Shown in pieces: positions 39,053-52,756 of a DNA stretch of 64,000 nucleotides. Positions within the stretch are counted from its first letter, which is position 1; each line of letters starts with the position of its first letter. Location of the stretch: positions 28,499 through 92,498 of the forward strand of contig JAUCBJ010002753.1 in NCBI GenBank assembly GCA_032718475.1, given 5' to 3'. The notes under the pieces are model-generated. The model saw only the letters and a list, made by a program, of their open reading frames with translations, searched no databases and had not been told where the DNA came from. The stretch is from Nemertoderma westbladi. Its lineage: Eukaryota > Animalia > Xenacoelomorpha. The translations under genes were made by a program, and so were the position numbers.

Positions 39053-42000
39053 ACTGGGGTTACAGACAAATAGGTTGTCTAATTTCGGTCGATAATGAGA
39101 TCCCAAAATTATTTAATAATGAACGAGATGTATTAACGTGTTGTAAGAATCGTGGTAGACCGTGGTCGTATGGTACCGTCCTGCAACTTATTTGTTGCCA
39201 TTCCGAAGGGCAAGAGCTTATTTCTCGATTTCCACCCTGTATCGCCTGCTGTAGAGTGTAGAACCCTGTAGAGCTTAAATAATGCAAAAACAATGTTAAC
39301 AATATACGTAAATATAAACAATATAACAATATACTAAAACAATAAATTTTATTCTTAAATTGTTACATTTTCGCTCGAATATACCCCACAATCGGGAGAA
39401 AAGGTTTTACTTTTTTCCCTAGAGATAGGATTTCATTGATATATTTTTTTCCCGGTAAAAAAGTAAAATAAAATAATTTTTGGCGGAATTTCTGACATTT
39501 TATTATATATTACGTTGAAAGAGCAACGAATGCACGTAATTCCAGAATATATCATCGAGAATAATGTAGGGGTCAACCGCTCCCTATGTTAAAATGTAGC
39601 TACAGATAATTAAATGTAGCTGCCTCCCGTATAATTTATCTAAAATCATGGGTCGCAATTGTCCGGGTCGCAGTTGTCCGGACACCAAGGGAAGATATGT
39701 TGCTGGGTCCGCCGGCACTGCACCTTAATGCCAGCCGATCATCATGTAAGTGTAAGGGATACATCGTGCAGCCAATGTGAACGCGAGGCAAGTCAAAATA
39801 TTTCAAGTAATCGAATAAAATTCAACAAACTTTTAATATTGATTCGACATGCTCCCGCGTTAAAATAATTTTGTTGCGATAAATTGGTCAAGGTAAATAA
39901 TTTACCGGTAGGTAATAAATGAAAATATTATGCACACATCATTCTGTGTTACAGGTAGTGGCGTAAATTTACCTCAAGTAAATAAACAAGTAATCTCCAG
40001 CGCAAATTTACTACACGTGGAGATTCTGTGGTGAAGTTTCGATTATTGTACTTGTTAGAAAACATTGTCACTGTAACCTGCTCATTCATTCCCCTTAATG
40101 TTTTAATTTAAATAAAATAAATTTTTTAAACCCTTCAAACACATAGTTGATGCTTGCTGTCATTTTGCGTATTCGTACAATAATAACATGATTTACGCAG
40201 AGCTTCGGGTTTGCCGCACTTTTGGGAACAATGAACCGGACCTTCTAATCTCAGGCCACACAGTTGGGTTTACTTTGTTAATAGCAAATACTAACATCAG
40301 TTCCCACGCAAGGAAAGGCCCCAGTACACTCCCATCACAGAAACATCATAGGTTAGGAAAGAGCTTTAGGGACGAGATCATCCCTAACTGGTAGTCGACC
40401 ACACAACAGTATCCCCGTTACCTATAGTCCTTAAATAGGGCCCAGAACAATGCCCTCACATAACAATAGACAGACCTATTTTACTACCAGCTGGCCTTGC
40501 TGTAATCTTATTCATCATGTCTTCAGTTCGTTCCCATAGAAATTACATAATGATCTTGGGTGGGGGATAGGCCGGCCATATAACTTATTCATGCGGTGTT
40601 TAGAGGAATAGGAAAGGCTCAACCTTGATTCGGTTTGGTAATTAAGTCCGAGTGCCCCCATAGACGCCATAAGAGCCACTACTTCGCACTGATGCGTGGG
40701 GTTCCCTTGCGTAAAGGCGTTGCTGGAATTGGTGTCAGCTATCAAACCCAATACCGATGACGTTCCAAGAAAGGCGATTCATTCCATTACATTAGTAGAT
40801 GGTGAGTCATTTTAGTCATGAAGCTTCTTTTAATGCTGAATGTAGTGGTCTCAAGATCTGGGCGCAAGTTGGTTCAGGCATTTGTGTCAGTGTGCCACCT
40901 CTCTGGATTAGTGTGCACAGTATCAGGACCTTCGGTCCAGAATATAGTACCGGTACAGTGAGCCACCAGTGGACGCAATTGGACCGCTTACAACTATCTG
41001 GATGTGCCCTGTGACTGGGCACAGAGCCAGAATCTTAAAGCAGTGGGCCATCTACCAGAACCATCTACCAGAGCCATATCCAGGCCCAGGAACTGGTGGG
41101 TTCCCGGTACGGTTGCATTATCTTTATAATCGCCATAGTTTCGCAACGTTCCAGCTGTTCCGTGATTTATATCCCCGATTTTTGAAAATAAAGTTACCGG
41201 GATTTTTATTAGTCAAAGTGTATCAAAACTCAAAAAAATCAGAAGAGTATTGAATATCAGAATTGCTTTGCACCGGTTAAAAACAGCACATTCGGTAGAG
41301 CTGCTACATGGATATTGGCATCATACTGGACGAACAGTCGAACAACCAACAAACAAACACCTTGTGAATGAATACGTAGATGCTACCATGTTCTATATAA
41401 AAAGCATGCCTCAACAAAGGGCTAAGCCTCCAACAAAATTTGTGTGCCACTATAGGCGAGTGTACACGGATTATAGGTAGCCACAACAATCGCCGTGTTT
41501 CATATCAAAACGGTTGAGTAACTACAACCCTACATTAGCGAAGGGTCTGGGATGTAATAAACGAACACAAAAACTTTGAATTGTTCGTATTGTTCGAATG
41601 GTAGGCCTAAAGGGCTACCCTTCCCTAATTTATAAACTGTAATGAGACGAGACAAGAAGATGCTATCCTGAGCCTATTGGGTTGGCTACCATTATTATTT
41701 GCATCGGACTTGAGGTCATAGATCGATGATCTGTAAGGTTCGCCAAATGTTGCTGACATTCCAGGAACCCGCGGCGCTAGTATGCCCCGTCCCCTAAAGC
41801 TTTGTTATACGTTGCCGGAATAGATGTAGAAACCCAACTATGATGAGGTATATGATAGAAGGCCTCGTCCAGGGATAACCATTTATAGGATGCGCTCGTG
41901 CTTTGACAATAGGCCTACATTAACCCTCTCCAGACGTTGGCACTGCGGGATCCAAAGAAGAGCGCTGCGGTTTATTGAAGCTTAATTCACCACACGGGTT

Positions 42001-43596
42001 TTCTTCGTGTTGCGATGGGCAGGAGTGGCTTTGTCATTGGCATGTGCGCATACAATAGGCACGCACTAAGGGATGAGCAGAATTTATATATAGAAACGAA
42101 GCGCTCATTAATTTCAGGGCCTCGATTAAGGCCGCGTTTTCTACCTAGGATGCCCCTATTGTCGAACAATGAAGGGCCTGACATTAAGAGCATCCGAAGA
42201 TGGGGATGCCTAGTGATGTTCGTTGTTCAATCTACATGAAATAAACCCGCCACAAATGATAAGGTACCCAATAATCACTAATATTATCTGGGGCACTAAC
42301 TCTTCTACTTGAAAGGCAACGACCACATGCCCCCATGGCGTGAGCTTCAGTATATACTGTATGTTGCATGACCCCCTATTTTTAGTAGTTTATTTTATTA
42401 TAATAAAACTGTTGAGTAAAGGTGATACTAAAATACAGCCGTTCCTTTGTTTGATGACCAAAGTTTAATAAGCTACGATTAAAATCAACATCTGTACAGT
42501 TGTATTTATAGGCTCCCAAAGGTTACCGACATACAATGTTACTGTAGTATGTACCGGTACCATAGTAAGAACTGAATATCGTATATATGACATGAGTTTG
42601 AATTACGATTCCTTAGACCCAGCCGAACAATAACACAAAGAAACTTACGATATTTTCGTAAGAATCGCTTTATTGCTTTCTATATCTTTCTGAAAGTCTA
42701 ATACCAGACTCTGGTTTCGTGTTTTGTCACAATCACTCCCGATGTGGATTTTTTATCACAATTAATTTACAGAACTGATACAGTAATAGTGTCGTTAATG
42801 CGTGGCAACATAAATGAGTTCTACTGTGCGTCGAGGCTATGCGGCGTCCAGTGGCGGAGCAAGGTGTTTTGCGCCCCGGGATAAACAACATATTTCACTT
42901 GTGATTTCCGATGAGCGCCAAATTCTTAGCTAACAGGTAATCGTCGGTGTCCAAGTGGGGTTTTCTACATTTTCTCGGTATAATGATTTCTTCTCCCACA
43001 TAAATTCCACAGGCCCGCCGTTATTTAAAAAATCCAAGGTGAGTAAGATAGAATATAGCAAGCGTGAGCGAAATTAAAAAGTTGCCGTTGCGTTGTCAGG
43101 ATCAGTGACGTTTCTGTCCAGGGACGAAAGTCTGCCTTCCTGGTAATTTCTTTCCGGTTTTATCGTCCTGGCCATTTCGTTTCGAACATTTCCTCACGGA
43201 CTTTTCACTCCCAAGCAGCACAACCACAAACAAAATCGGGAATATTCGGTTTCGAATATGAGTAAGAAATAATTTAGGAGTGGAATGAGATTATCCATGA
43301 ATAATAATTGTTGTTATCTAAGACTAGGCTTGCTTATAACATGAGGTTAGAAAAAACTTTGTGATTTATAATTTTATACTAGTTTATAGTTTTGCTTTAG
43401 CCATTAGATTTACATTACAGTAGTAGTGTGTCTCCATTTCAAGCTTCGTGGCGTTTGCGTTTGTCGTGTTTCGGCTAAGCGTAGACAGACGGACGACCTT
43501 TTTATAAAGTCTCGAAACTGCGCGCGTAAGTGATGATATTTGGCAGATAGTTTTTTTTAGATAAAGGCTGAAAAAAAGGGTAGCATTTTTATAAAC

Positions 43597-43893
43597 CTAT
43601 CTACTCCGTCATTTTTCAATCAATTCCTTTTAAATTTTCAGTGAATGGTGTTGACATATTGTCCAATAAAACATGTAGACATAATTTTCAAATTTTCATC
43701 AGTTAAGTGTAATATAAACTAAAAAATAAAATGTACTTTATTACGGGCCGATATTTTTTCACATTATCGGCCCAAAACATAACCTACACTGAAAATTTCA
43801 AAATTCTCTCTACATGTTTTATTGGTCAATATGTCAAGACCGATTCACTGAAAGTTTCAAACGAATTGAATAAAAAATGAAGGAGTAGATAGA
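43597..43893. repeat. Long inverted repeat, ~100 bp arms, with inner gggccgata/tatcggccc hairpin
   Basis: 43597-43699 is an imperfect reverse complement of 43790-43893. Confidence 0.85.
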
Positions 43894-43939
43894 TTTTGCG
43901 TGAAGCAAAAAACGAGAAAAAATATTCTGAGTAAAATGC

Positions 43940-44674
43940 GTTTAAAGTTTGAACCTTCCCGCGCAAGTTGGTCAGTCTCTATGTGACTGCCGATATTAAT
44001 TAAATAAAATAGTCATTTGTATGAATGATTTTAAGGAAGCAGACAGTTGAAATTTTCACTATGGGGGTTTTCGTAGTCGCTGATTTCAATTCTGATATCA
44101 GTTTTATCAAATTTGGACAAATCAACTCTGTCTGTCTGGCTGTCTGTAGGAATGTCTGTCTGTCTGTTGGTTTGTCCGTCACAATATAATAAAACACGCG
44201 AAATATGTAAAAGTTTCGCTTTGGGGGTTTTCCATGTCGCTGATTTCATTTCCGATGTCAGTTTTGATTTTTGGTTGAATTTTGTCTATCTATCTGTCAG
44301 TTGGCTGTCTGTCTTGTCGGTCTTTTTGTCTGTTAAAATGCCTGTCAACATACAAAAACACACATTCTAGCTAACATTTTCATTATGGGGGTTTTCGGAG
44401 TCGCTGATTTAATTTCCGGTGTCAGTTTTGATGTTCGGTAAAATCTAGTCTGTCTGTTTAAGTCGGGAAACACATATTTTGGGGAAAATAATGTTAATCA
44501 TATTTTTATGGAAACATTCCATAGCGAAATCGTCATATCTCCAAAACTAAACATGTTGATAATTTATAAGTCATAACTTATATATTCGGATTCGCCATTA
44601 AATTCTGCACCAACAGACGACAAAAAAAAGGTTTTTGCATTTTTTATCCTAAAAAAGGTAAAGCCCCCCTTAAG
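43940..44674. mobile_element. Dispersed non-autonomous repeat: AACCTTCCCGCGCAA, three GGGGGTTTTC..GTCGCTGATTT sub-repeats with (TCTG)n, ending CCCCC-TTAA
   Basis: Sub-repeats at ~44062, 44223, 44386; related copy at ~57320-57676. Confidence 0.65.
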
Positions 44675-46813
44675 AATATTATTCACAAACCGAGAAGAAT
44701 AATATGTACAAGTAGGTATTTTTTACTATTATTCTACATTTAGTTCGCAAAGGGCCAGTTAGTGACTGTTAAATTACAGTAATGTATCTTTGATTGCGTC
44801 CTACAGCTATTGAAGTAGAACAGCGTATCCCGAAACTAATTAAACACAACTCATTCGATTTGTAATCCTCTCTATTAAAAACAAGTTATTGTACCGGGAA
44901 CCCGGTGGTGCCTTGGTTGAGATGCTTTCCTTGTGGATTAGTCCGCCGGGCATTGTCGAGCAGTTAATGGGGCCTGCGAATAACCGGAGAAGATTGCGCT
45001 CCTAAATTAGGTGCCGATCCCGAGATTCTACCCTCGAAAACACAGCAGGACGGAACCCAGTAAAATGATTACTCAGTTAGGCTAAGTACTGTGGCCTTCT
45101 GGCTGTGCGACGCCCTCGATTCTAGTGTATTTCGTGAAGCTTAATGAAAAATTTGGGATGGTAAAGGTCCTGTTTATCTAACAATAGGAAGGGCCTGTCA
45201 GTTCGTACTGAGTGTAGGGGCCCAGCCAAGCGTGCCGATCCCGATCCAGAGAAATGAACAAAGGATGATATGAGGTGCAGCTCTTGCCTGTTTAATTGGT
45301 GGCCGAGCACGTGTGCATGCAGGCCACGTTCGCTATAACCTTATGAGTGTTGGGTAGGGGGACCTATGAATTGTTATTAGCGCCCTCGTTAATGTGGCCT
45401 AAAATCTAGAGCGGATGGGAACATCCTCCCAGAGTGAAAAGGAGTAACCGGCTTGGGCATGGCAATGACCAAACTTATTTTAAGGGAAATGGCACATTTT
45501 ATTTTACTTAATATTTATTTTAAATTGTATTTTATTTAATAGTCAAGTAGACAGTACCGACCACCGTTCAAATTGGGTATGACTGCAGTTTTTTTTGCTG
45601 AAAGTGTTAACTTGTATAAACCATTTGAAATTATGTTATATTTCACATAGTCCGCATTGAGCAATTTTTTCTAGAACACTATTTATCTTAACGACAGATG
45701 TTTTACATAGCAACAATAATGAATTAACACGCAGGGGTATATTTATCTATTTAGACACTGGTCAATCATAAACAAGGAGAAACCAAGCTCGAGAAAATAA
45801 AAATGTAAGGAATAAGGATTATGTTTGCAGTTATGAGTTACAAATTTTGTAACATTGCAGTGTTATGGCAAACACTGTTACTGGTAGTGAACTTGTAATA
45901 CATACAAGGCTCGGTGTGCAATTTGGAGCTTATCACTGTGGCCAAGTTATGCACCGACATACCAGCTGTCTGTCAGGAATATATGCTGTCAGCACCCTAA
46001 CTCTCGCTAGACATGTATCCTCAAGAACTGGTGGAAAATATGTTGGAAATATGTTAATTCGAATGTGGACTTTGTGGCCGACGCATTTATGGACAGAATG
46101 GCGCAGGTTTATTTTTCGAAGTACTGTAGCAGTGGTTACCCAAACTGGGATGTTGTTTCTGTAAGGTGATGTCCGGTATTACCAGTGGACTGTGAAATGA
46201 AAGGTGAAAGACTGTCGATGAAACAACTTCTGCATTTGCAGTAATTACTTTTAGTTGAATGTTTGATAATATATTTATTAACACGTTATCACAGTCCTTG
46301 TTCGCACACTTGCAATAAAAATTGAAAGCCCAATTCACAAATTGCTTCCACATCCAACCAAATTTGTAGGCTATAGTGGCGGCTGCCGTCTGCATATAAT
46401 CTACAGCCGCTCTCCAGAATAATACTTGCGAGCCCGCTCTTCTTATATTCATTCTTGACTGCTGCAGTTTCCTTTAATTCTAAATTTTACATCTGAAATA
46501 AATAATACTTTCATTATATTTTGTGCAAGATAATTCGCAATGCTAGGTTAGCTTTGCAGAAATTAAAAGTTCTAGGAATTCGAATAATATATCAATATCT
46601 GCATTATACAATAGTAAAAAAAGCCAATCAAACAGTCGGACTGAAGGCATCTCTTCGAAGATAGGGAGGGCCTTTAGTCGCAAGCAAAATTCATCCCTCT
46701 CCAGTGAAAAATCGACGCAAATAACAGCTGGTTACTCCCAAAAATAAAACTGTAACCTGTTCTATTGACTTTCGTTTATCTATTTGGTTAGAATAACGTG
46801 CCACTATAACATG

Positions 46814-47014
46814 TGTTATATGTGAATAATAATCAGTTTGATCGAGTTATTATATTACAGTTTAACCAATATATATAGTCAGACAGTTGAATCCAGTTAG
46901 ATATATAATCATGAACTGTAGCCTACTGATTACCGGTACGCGGTAACCATACTACCGTACCTATATCAGTAACCAACACATACCGTCATCCAGGTACTGT
47001 CTACAGTATTAACA
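46814..47014 (-). repeat. 3' LTR (201 bp)
   Basis: Matches 52091-52291 with one mismatch seen. Confidence 0.96.
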
Positions 47015-47036
47015 ATCTTCCGTTTCTTTCCTTTTT
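47015..47036 (-). promoter_or_regulatory. Polypurine tract
   Basis: Minus strand AAAAAGGAAAGAAACGGAAGAT abutting the 3' LTR. Confidence 0.85.
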
Positions 47037-47195
47037 AGTTTGTTCCACAAATAAATTCTAACTATAAAAAAAAACTATTCTGGCCATAAGTCAATTATGG
47101 TCTTAAGTTTCAACTTGTACAAATACAAATCGGATAGTCATTCAATTAGTTACTTTCAGTTTGTTACATTCATTGAAATTTATGCTATCGGCTTG

Positions 47196-50100
47196 TCAAA
47201 CATGACCAGTTAGATTTTCCAAAAGCTCATACATCACAAACGGGTCGTTCAATATGCGTTTTAATAAAACAACGGACTGACTTTTTGCTTTGGTCAGTGT
47301 ATCAGCAATCTGCAACTTTGTTGGAATCCATTTCAGTTTTTTAATATCAACCACGAGTTCTTTAATAAATGCAAAGTCAATTGCCAGTCGTTTCTCTATC
47401 GGAATCTTCCCATTATATAAATCCTGAACCAATCCTTTGTGATCGGAGTAAAAATGACAATCAATTAGATCAGATCGCAATATAGACTTCATAAACATCT
47501 GAATATATCGACCCATATCGACACCCTCTACCAGGGCAAACGTCTCGGCAGATAATGTACTTTTAGTAACACGCCGACAACAACGGCTAGCCCAATATAA
47601 CAAATAATGTCCCCAGAAAATATAGATAGCTAAGCGAGACGGGTTACCAAACGAAGAATCAACGAATATATAAAGATTAGGAATTGTTGAACGCACTGCT
47701 TCGGGAGGATCTGCGGTTTCTGGATGGTAATATTTCAATATAACCTTTTCAGACTTTATCTTCCTTACTGTTTTGTTTAATAACGCGATATCGTCCGCGT
47801 TTGGAGAGTTAATCTGAGATAAACTCCCTACAATAAATCCGATATCTGGTCTAGTGTTTGTTGAAACCCACATTAGCTTCCCCAATGTTGATTTGAAATA
47901 TGATTTGCACGATAACTCACTATCTTTGTCAATAACCTCAAAATCAATGCCTTCAATATACTGTTCTTGTGATATTTCATAACTACCATTATCTAGCTGG
48001 CGAATGCATACTCCCAGAAACTTAGTCCATGTATCTTTGATTCGCCGGACTTTACCCACTTTCAACAAATGTGCAATGCCTTCACGAACCTTAGGAAGAC
48101 CATTCACACCACCTATGAGAAGGTCATCAACGTGTGTTGCTATCATACCAACAAGTCTATCATGTTCATCATAATTTGTATACAACGCTGGATCAAATTG
48201 GTTTTGAAAGTTACCCAGTACAAACAGCTCTTCCTGCAACTTATGATACCAATACCTACAGGCATCCTGTAACCCATAGACGGCTTTATTTAATTTCCAG
48301 AATACATTCGCAGCTTTGATTTCTTTTGATTTGGTGCTTAATTTGTTTATGTACTCTGGAGGTGGTACAGCATAAATAACTCGATCACTTTCAAAGTTAT
48401 TACTCTGAAGAAAGGCCGTTTTAATATCAATGACCCACAAATCCCACTTAAATAAAGAAGCCATGGATAACAGAGTTCATATCGATGTCTTGTCACAAGT
48501 TGGCGAAAATGAGATTGGATCTTCTTTATCCTGAAATCCTTTAACTACCAAACGGGCCTTTGTAAATTTTATACCTTCCACATCTTTCTCCGTAATAACC
48601 CAGCGAGTCTGAACAATATTAGCTTTACTAGGAACTTCATAGACTTCCGTATATACATCATTCTGCAGCCAGTTTAACAGTTCCTGTTCCTTGGCTGCCT
48701 CAGTGTCTAGCAAAGGTGTAGGTCTTTGTTCGCCAAAATAACCATAGAACTCTGGCGGTTTGCGCTCTCTTGTAGGATATTTCGAAGAAACTTCCGAAAG
48801 AATTGGTTCTTCCATGACCTCACAATTATCAATACTAGTCGATTCCATAGACGGCATCATTGCGTCATCGTAATTAGCACTGGACGCATTCAAATCGTCA
48901 GAGTATGACTCAGAAGTTGAACCATTGGGATTGACTTGTTTGACTTTATTTATCGCCGGTAATTCTTCTGGATCAGAAGTGCCAACACTTCCTGAGTGGC
49001 TATAATCTTCAACTATCATGTCTGTGTCTTCGGTTTCTTTGAACTCACTTCCAAATCCCAGTTTGGCACTATCGTGTAGCTTAATTTTTGATCTATGACA
49101 ACGGATATAGCGAGAGCCATGACCAACAAGTATTTCCGAACCTTTAACAGCAACAACCTTCGCTGGACCACACCACTTGCCCGCAGTGTTATAATAATAT
49201 ACTGCATCTCCATTGACAACCTCACTATTAGATGGTCGTATGTTTCTTTGTAATGCTCTACGAACCCGACTAGAAGCATCCGATTTTGCAAATTGTTCCC
49301 TCACATCATTCAACAAAGCGATATGTTCAATAACAGATTTGCTAACTGATTGTGAATTATCTAAAGCACATAAGTTGTCCGTCAAAACTCCTCCTATATT
49401 CGGGCCCCTGCCAAACATTATTTGGTGTGGAGAAAAGCCATTATGATTTGGCCAAGCATTCTTTACAAACGTAGCCATAGTTAATATTTTATAATCAGAA
49501 TAGCTCTGATTATCCGATTTTATTCGACAATATATATCCTTAATTAAACCATTATGTCTCTCCGTTATTCCGTTGCTGAATGGAGAGTATGGTGCCGTAA
49601 CATCATGTGTCATATTAAGCTTATTGCACAACTCAGTAAAGCTTATAGCAACGAACTCGCCACCATTATCTGTGAAGACTGATTTGTTAGGTGGACCAAA
49701 AATAGAACACCATTTATCCAATAATGCACTCTGAACACTTGTGGACAATTTATTTGGCAGTATCATTGTCATACTATAGCGAGAGAATAAGTCTACAACG
49801 TGAAGAACAGGCTTACCATGGCTATAATTCAACTCTTCCATAAAAAATAAATCTAAACCGATAATATCGTTACATGTTTTGCCAAGAGGCAGTGAAACAA
49901 TTGGATTAGATGGTTTTCTTCTTCCATGTATTTTACATTCAGCACAATCCTTCATTACTTCATCAACAAAAGTTATATAGGACTCACCAACAAACAAGCC
50001 AGACTGTTCGATCAGCTTAATTAGCGTTTGTTTCGACGGATGAGCGAACTGTTTATGAAGTTTCAGAATCTCCTTATATGATAACTGCAATTGAGATTTC

Positions 50101-51611
50101 GGATTCTGCAATTTCCCACGTTCGGTTTCACTAGAATCGATGCGATTATCACCGTTGTCAGCTCTTTTATCAGCTGTATCTGTGATTAATGCAGTATTGA
50201 TAAGCCTTTCACCTGGAATTAGTGGAATTGCACAGTGACCAGATATTAACTCAACAAGTTGCACTGCTGATCCATTAATTGTTGCAATATTTGCCGAAAT
50301 ATCTAGCATTACCTGAAGTTTGGCCATTGTTGGTCGAGAGAGTAGTAGTGGCAATGATCCCTCTATAACGTCAACAGATATTTTATACGTAATATCATTA
50401 ACCGGAATATCAAGAATATAGTTCTGTTTTGCAATCTTTTCTTCTCCACCGCCGAATATATATACTGAATAAGTGGTACGAGAAGAAGGATTTACATTGA
50501 ATATAGCCTTATAAGTTTCAAGCCATTCAGTTCCAGAAACAGTCTTCGTGCAAGCAGTGTCCAAAATGGCATAAATGTCAGTTGTTTTTCTAATGAAGTT
50601 ATTAGTTTTCTTGGTCGGTTTTGCAAGAAACACGCTATTTTTAAACAGATGTTTAAGAAAGTAAACATTTCGTTCATTATCTCCAGAATCTTCTCTACAC
50701 CCAATGAGCATCTTTTCATTATCAGATTCTGATTCATTATGCGGACAGAGATCATCTGTATGGAGTACAGACTCACATACATTACATTGAGATTTATGGG
50801 GACAATCCCGTTGAAAGTGATATATCGAATCGCAGACTCGGCAGCGGTTGTTTTTATTAGGGCCCTTGACATTTGAATTAGTAAATGGTAAAGGTAGTTT
50901 GCTGGTGTTTATCGAGTTTGGCTTAAACGATCTACCGGTGCCAGTACCTAGGTTGGATTTGGATTGAAAACGTGACGGTTTCTTATTCCTAAAATTAGCC
51001 TCCAAAGCAATTTCAGTTTTTAGTTCTTCGGAATCAAATCTCGATTCATCGGTGCCTAACTTGGAATTACCAGATCCAATATCCGACATCATTCTCAAAA
51101 TATGTCGTTTCACGTCATTAAATTCAAGTTTAGCAGTTGCCAAAATCATTTTGCGCTCACTATTACTTAAATTGGATTTATGTATCAATTCGGCCGCCAA
51201 AATAGAATCGTCAAACGTAAGACCAAATTCTTTTAGGTTACTCACCATACTCTCGAATTTTATCACAAAGTCACGCACATTTTCATTGGAATTTCGACAA
51301 AAATTCCGAAATATAACAAAATTGTTGTAGGCATCTTCCTCTTTTTCTTTTAAAAACGTTTCATCCAATTGTCTAATAAGAGAAGCTAAACCGCCATCCA
51401 CCGCTAATGCGGGAACGTCTAAGTCCAAAGCTTTATCTTTGGCAACACCACGAAGATTAAGAATTACTGTAGCTGCTTGTTTCGCCGCTGAAGTTTCTGT
51501 TATCGATTCCCAAACTAAGATTTCTTTCTTCCACCGACGATAGTTTGGATTCTTTCCAGATGGATCAAATACGGGAGGTGGTATACGATTTGAATTATTA
51601 CCCATTGCCAT
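47196..51611 (-). pseudogene. Gag-Pol polyprotein, single frame interrupted by one TGA at 48477-48479
   Basis: Two CCHC knuckles, ILDTAC protease, HKQFAH..CAEC, DLF/TDNGGEF/ERHN integrase, KARLVVKGF, DIKTAFLQ, YGLQDA, HVDD RT, DSSF/SAET/YSDH/ADTLTK RNase H; the two listed ORFs are in frame (SI*TLLSMA). Confidence 0.92.
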
Positions 51612-52077
51612 ATTCTGATTACAGGATTGCCGTTAATCGTAGTATGTAACCAGAAACACCTTGTCTGCAGTCACCGGTACGGTAGGCCTAGCACCTAGGC
51701 CTATACAATCAGACGGTACGGATCAACTGGAACTGGCACTGTCGTTTCGTAGGAATTATCAGTGAGGTTGACAGGTTAAAATGTACCGGTACGGTACCGT
51801 AGGCTACCGTACAGAAGTTTCAGAATGCCAGAAATCCCTGCGAAAAATTGATTCTCACAATACCGATAGGCCTACCGGTAAATAATTAAGAAAGCGTCAT
51901 CACGCCAGATCCGCCATCATGGAATTGAGGTTAAACGTTAAATGTCGAACTGGAGCGCCATCACGCCTGCGCCATCACGCCTGCGCCATCACGCAGAATT
52001 CAAATGTACCGTCAGACCGTATAAACTTGCGCCGTCACGCCTGCGCCATCACGCATTTAAACCGTAATAAAGTGTAA

Positions 52078-52089
52078 GCTCTGCTACCA
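52078..52089 (-). promoter_or_regulatory. Primer-binding site complementary to the 3' end of initiator tRNA-Met
   Basis: Plus strand gctctgctacca = minus TGGTAGCAGAGC, 1 nt from the 5' LTR. Confidence 0.9.
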
Positions 52090-52090
52090 T

Positions 52091-52291
52091 TGTTATATGT
52101 GAATAATAATCAGTTTGATCGAGTTATTATATTACAGTTTAACCAATATATATAGTCAGACAGTTGAATCCAGTTAGTTATATAATCATGAACTGTAGCC
52201 TACTGATTACCGGTACGCGGTAACCATACTACCGTACCTATATCAGTAACCAACACATACCGTCATCCAGGTACTGTCTACAGTATTAACA
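52091..52291 (-). repeat. 5' LTR (201 bp)
   Basis: Near-identical to 46814-47014. Confidence 0.96.
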
Positions 52292-52339
52292 ACATGCATC
52301 TGTCTCCCTCTTCAGTAGCTGCTACCCGAAGGTATGACT

Positions 52340-52500
52340 GGTGCTACTCGTATCCCAAGGTTTGTTCCCAGTAATTCAACAGGTACTCATTTTATCGACC
52401 CCAGTGAATGAAAGAAGGTCGAGCAGAATGAGAACCAACCTGTTGAAACTTAGAAAGACACTAAATACTACAATGAACGCACGCACTCTGAAACTGCTTA
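52340..52500 (-). mobile_element. Degenerate SINE remnant with Nin/Deu-type core
   Basis: Minus strand ..ttctttcattcactggggtcgataaaatgagtacctg resembles the conserved SINE core as I recall it. Confidence 0.5.
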
Positions 52501-52756
52501 ACAAACATTATTATAGCTCTGGCAATGGAATATTACATCGACATCATTTGTATTCAAATTCAAATTCAAATTCAGATTAGTCATGAGCCATCAAGTATAA
52601 TGAATGACATTTGAAATGGACGTTTATAACGTCCATCCACTTCCAGTCTGCAAATTCAGCAGAAAGCAATTCGGTCAAAGTTTCAATTGGTTGAGTATGA
52701 ATTCTCCTAAGTCCATTTACACTTCTGACACTAAACCCCATCGAATATAAAAATTC

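Larger units (their letters stand above)
46814..52291 (-). mobile_element. Full-length Ty1/copia LTR retrotransposon, GalEa-type
   Basis: Two 201 bp LTRs (TGTTA...TAACA), 5 bp TSD ACATG (46809-46813, 52292-52296), PBS TGGTAGCAGAGC, PPT, gag-PR-IN-RT-RH order. Confidence 0.96.

Noticed and set aside
41215-41520. Possible LINE C-terminal remnant (LKKIRRVL...)
   Set aside because: Too degenerate to call without a profile search
42849-43000. hAT-like end CAGTGGCGGA and a V/Meta-SINE-like core
   Set aside because: No partner TIR/TSD or SINE head found; matches are short
45865-46495. Possible exon or pseudogene (Cys-containing frames, minus-strand acceptor near 46493)
   Set aside because: Stops follow the acceptor in all frames and no family was recognisable
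47196-48464. Separate 422 aa gene or frameshifted pol
   Set aside because: It is in frame with the 1044 aa ORF and separated only by one TGA inside RT
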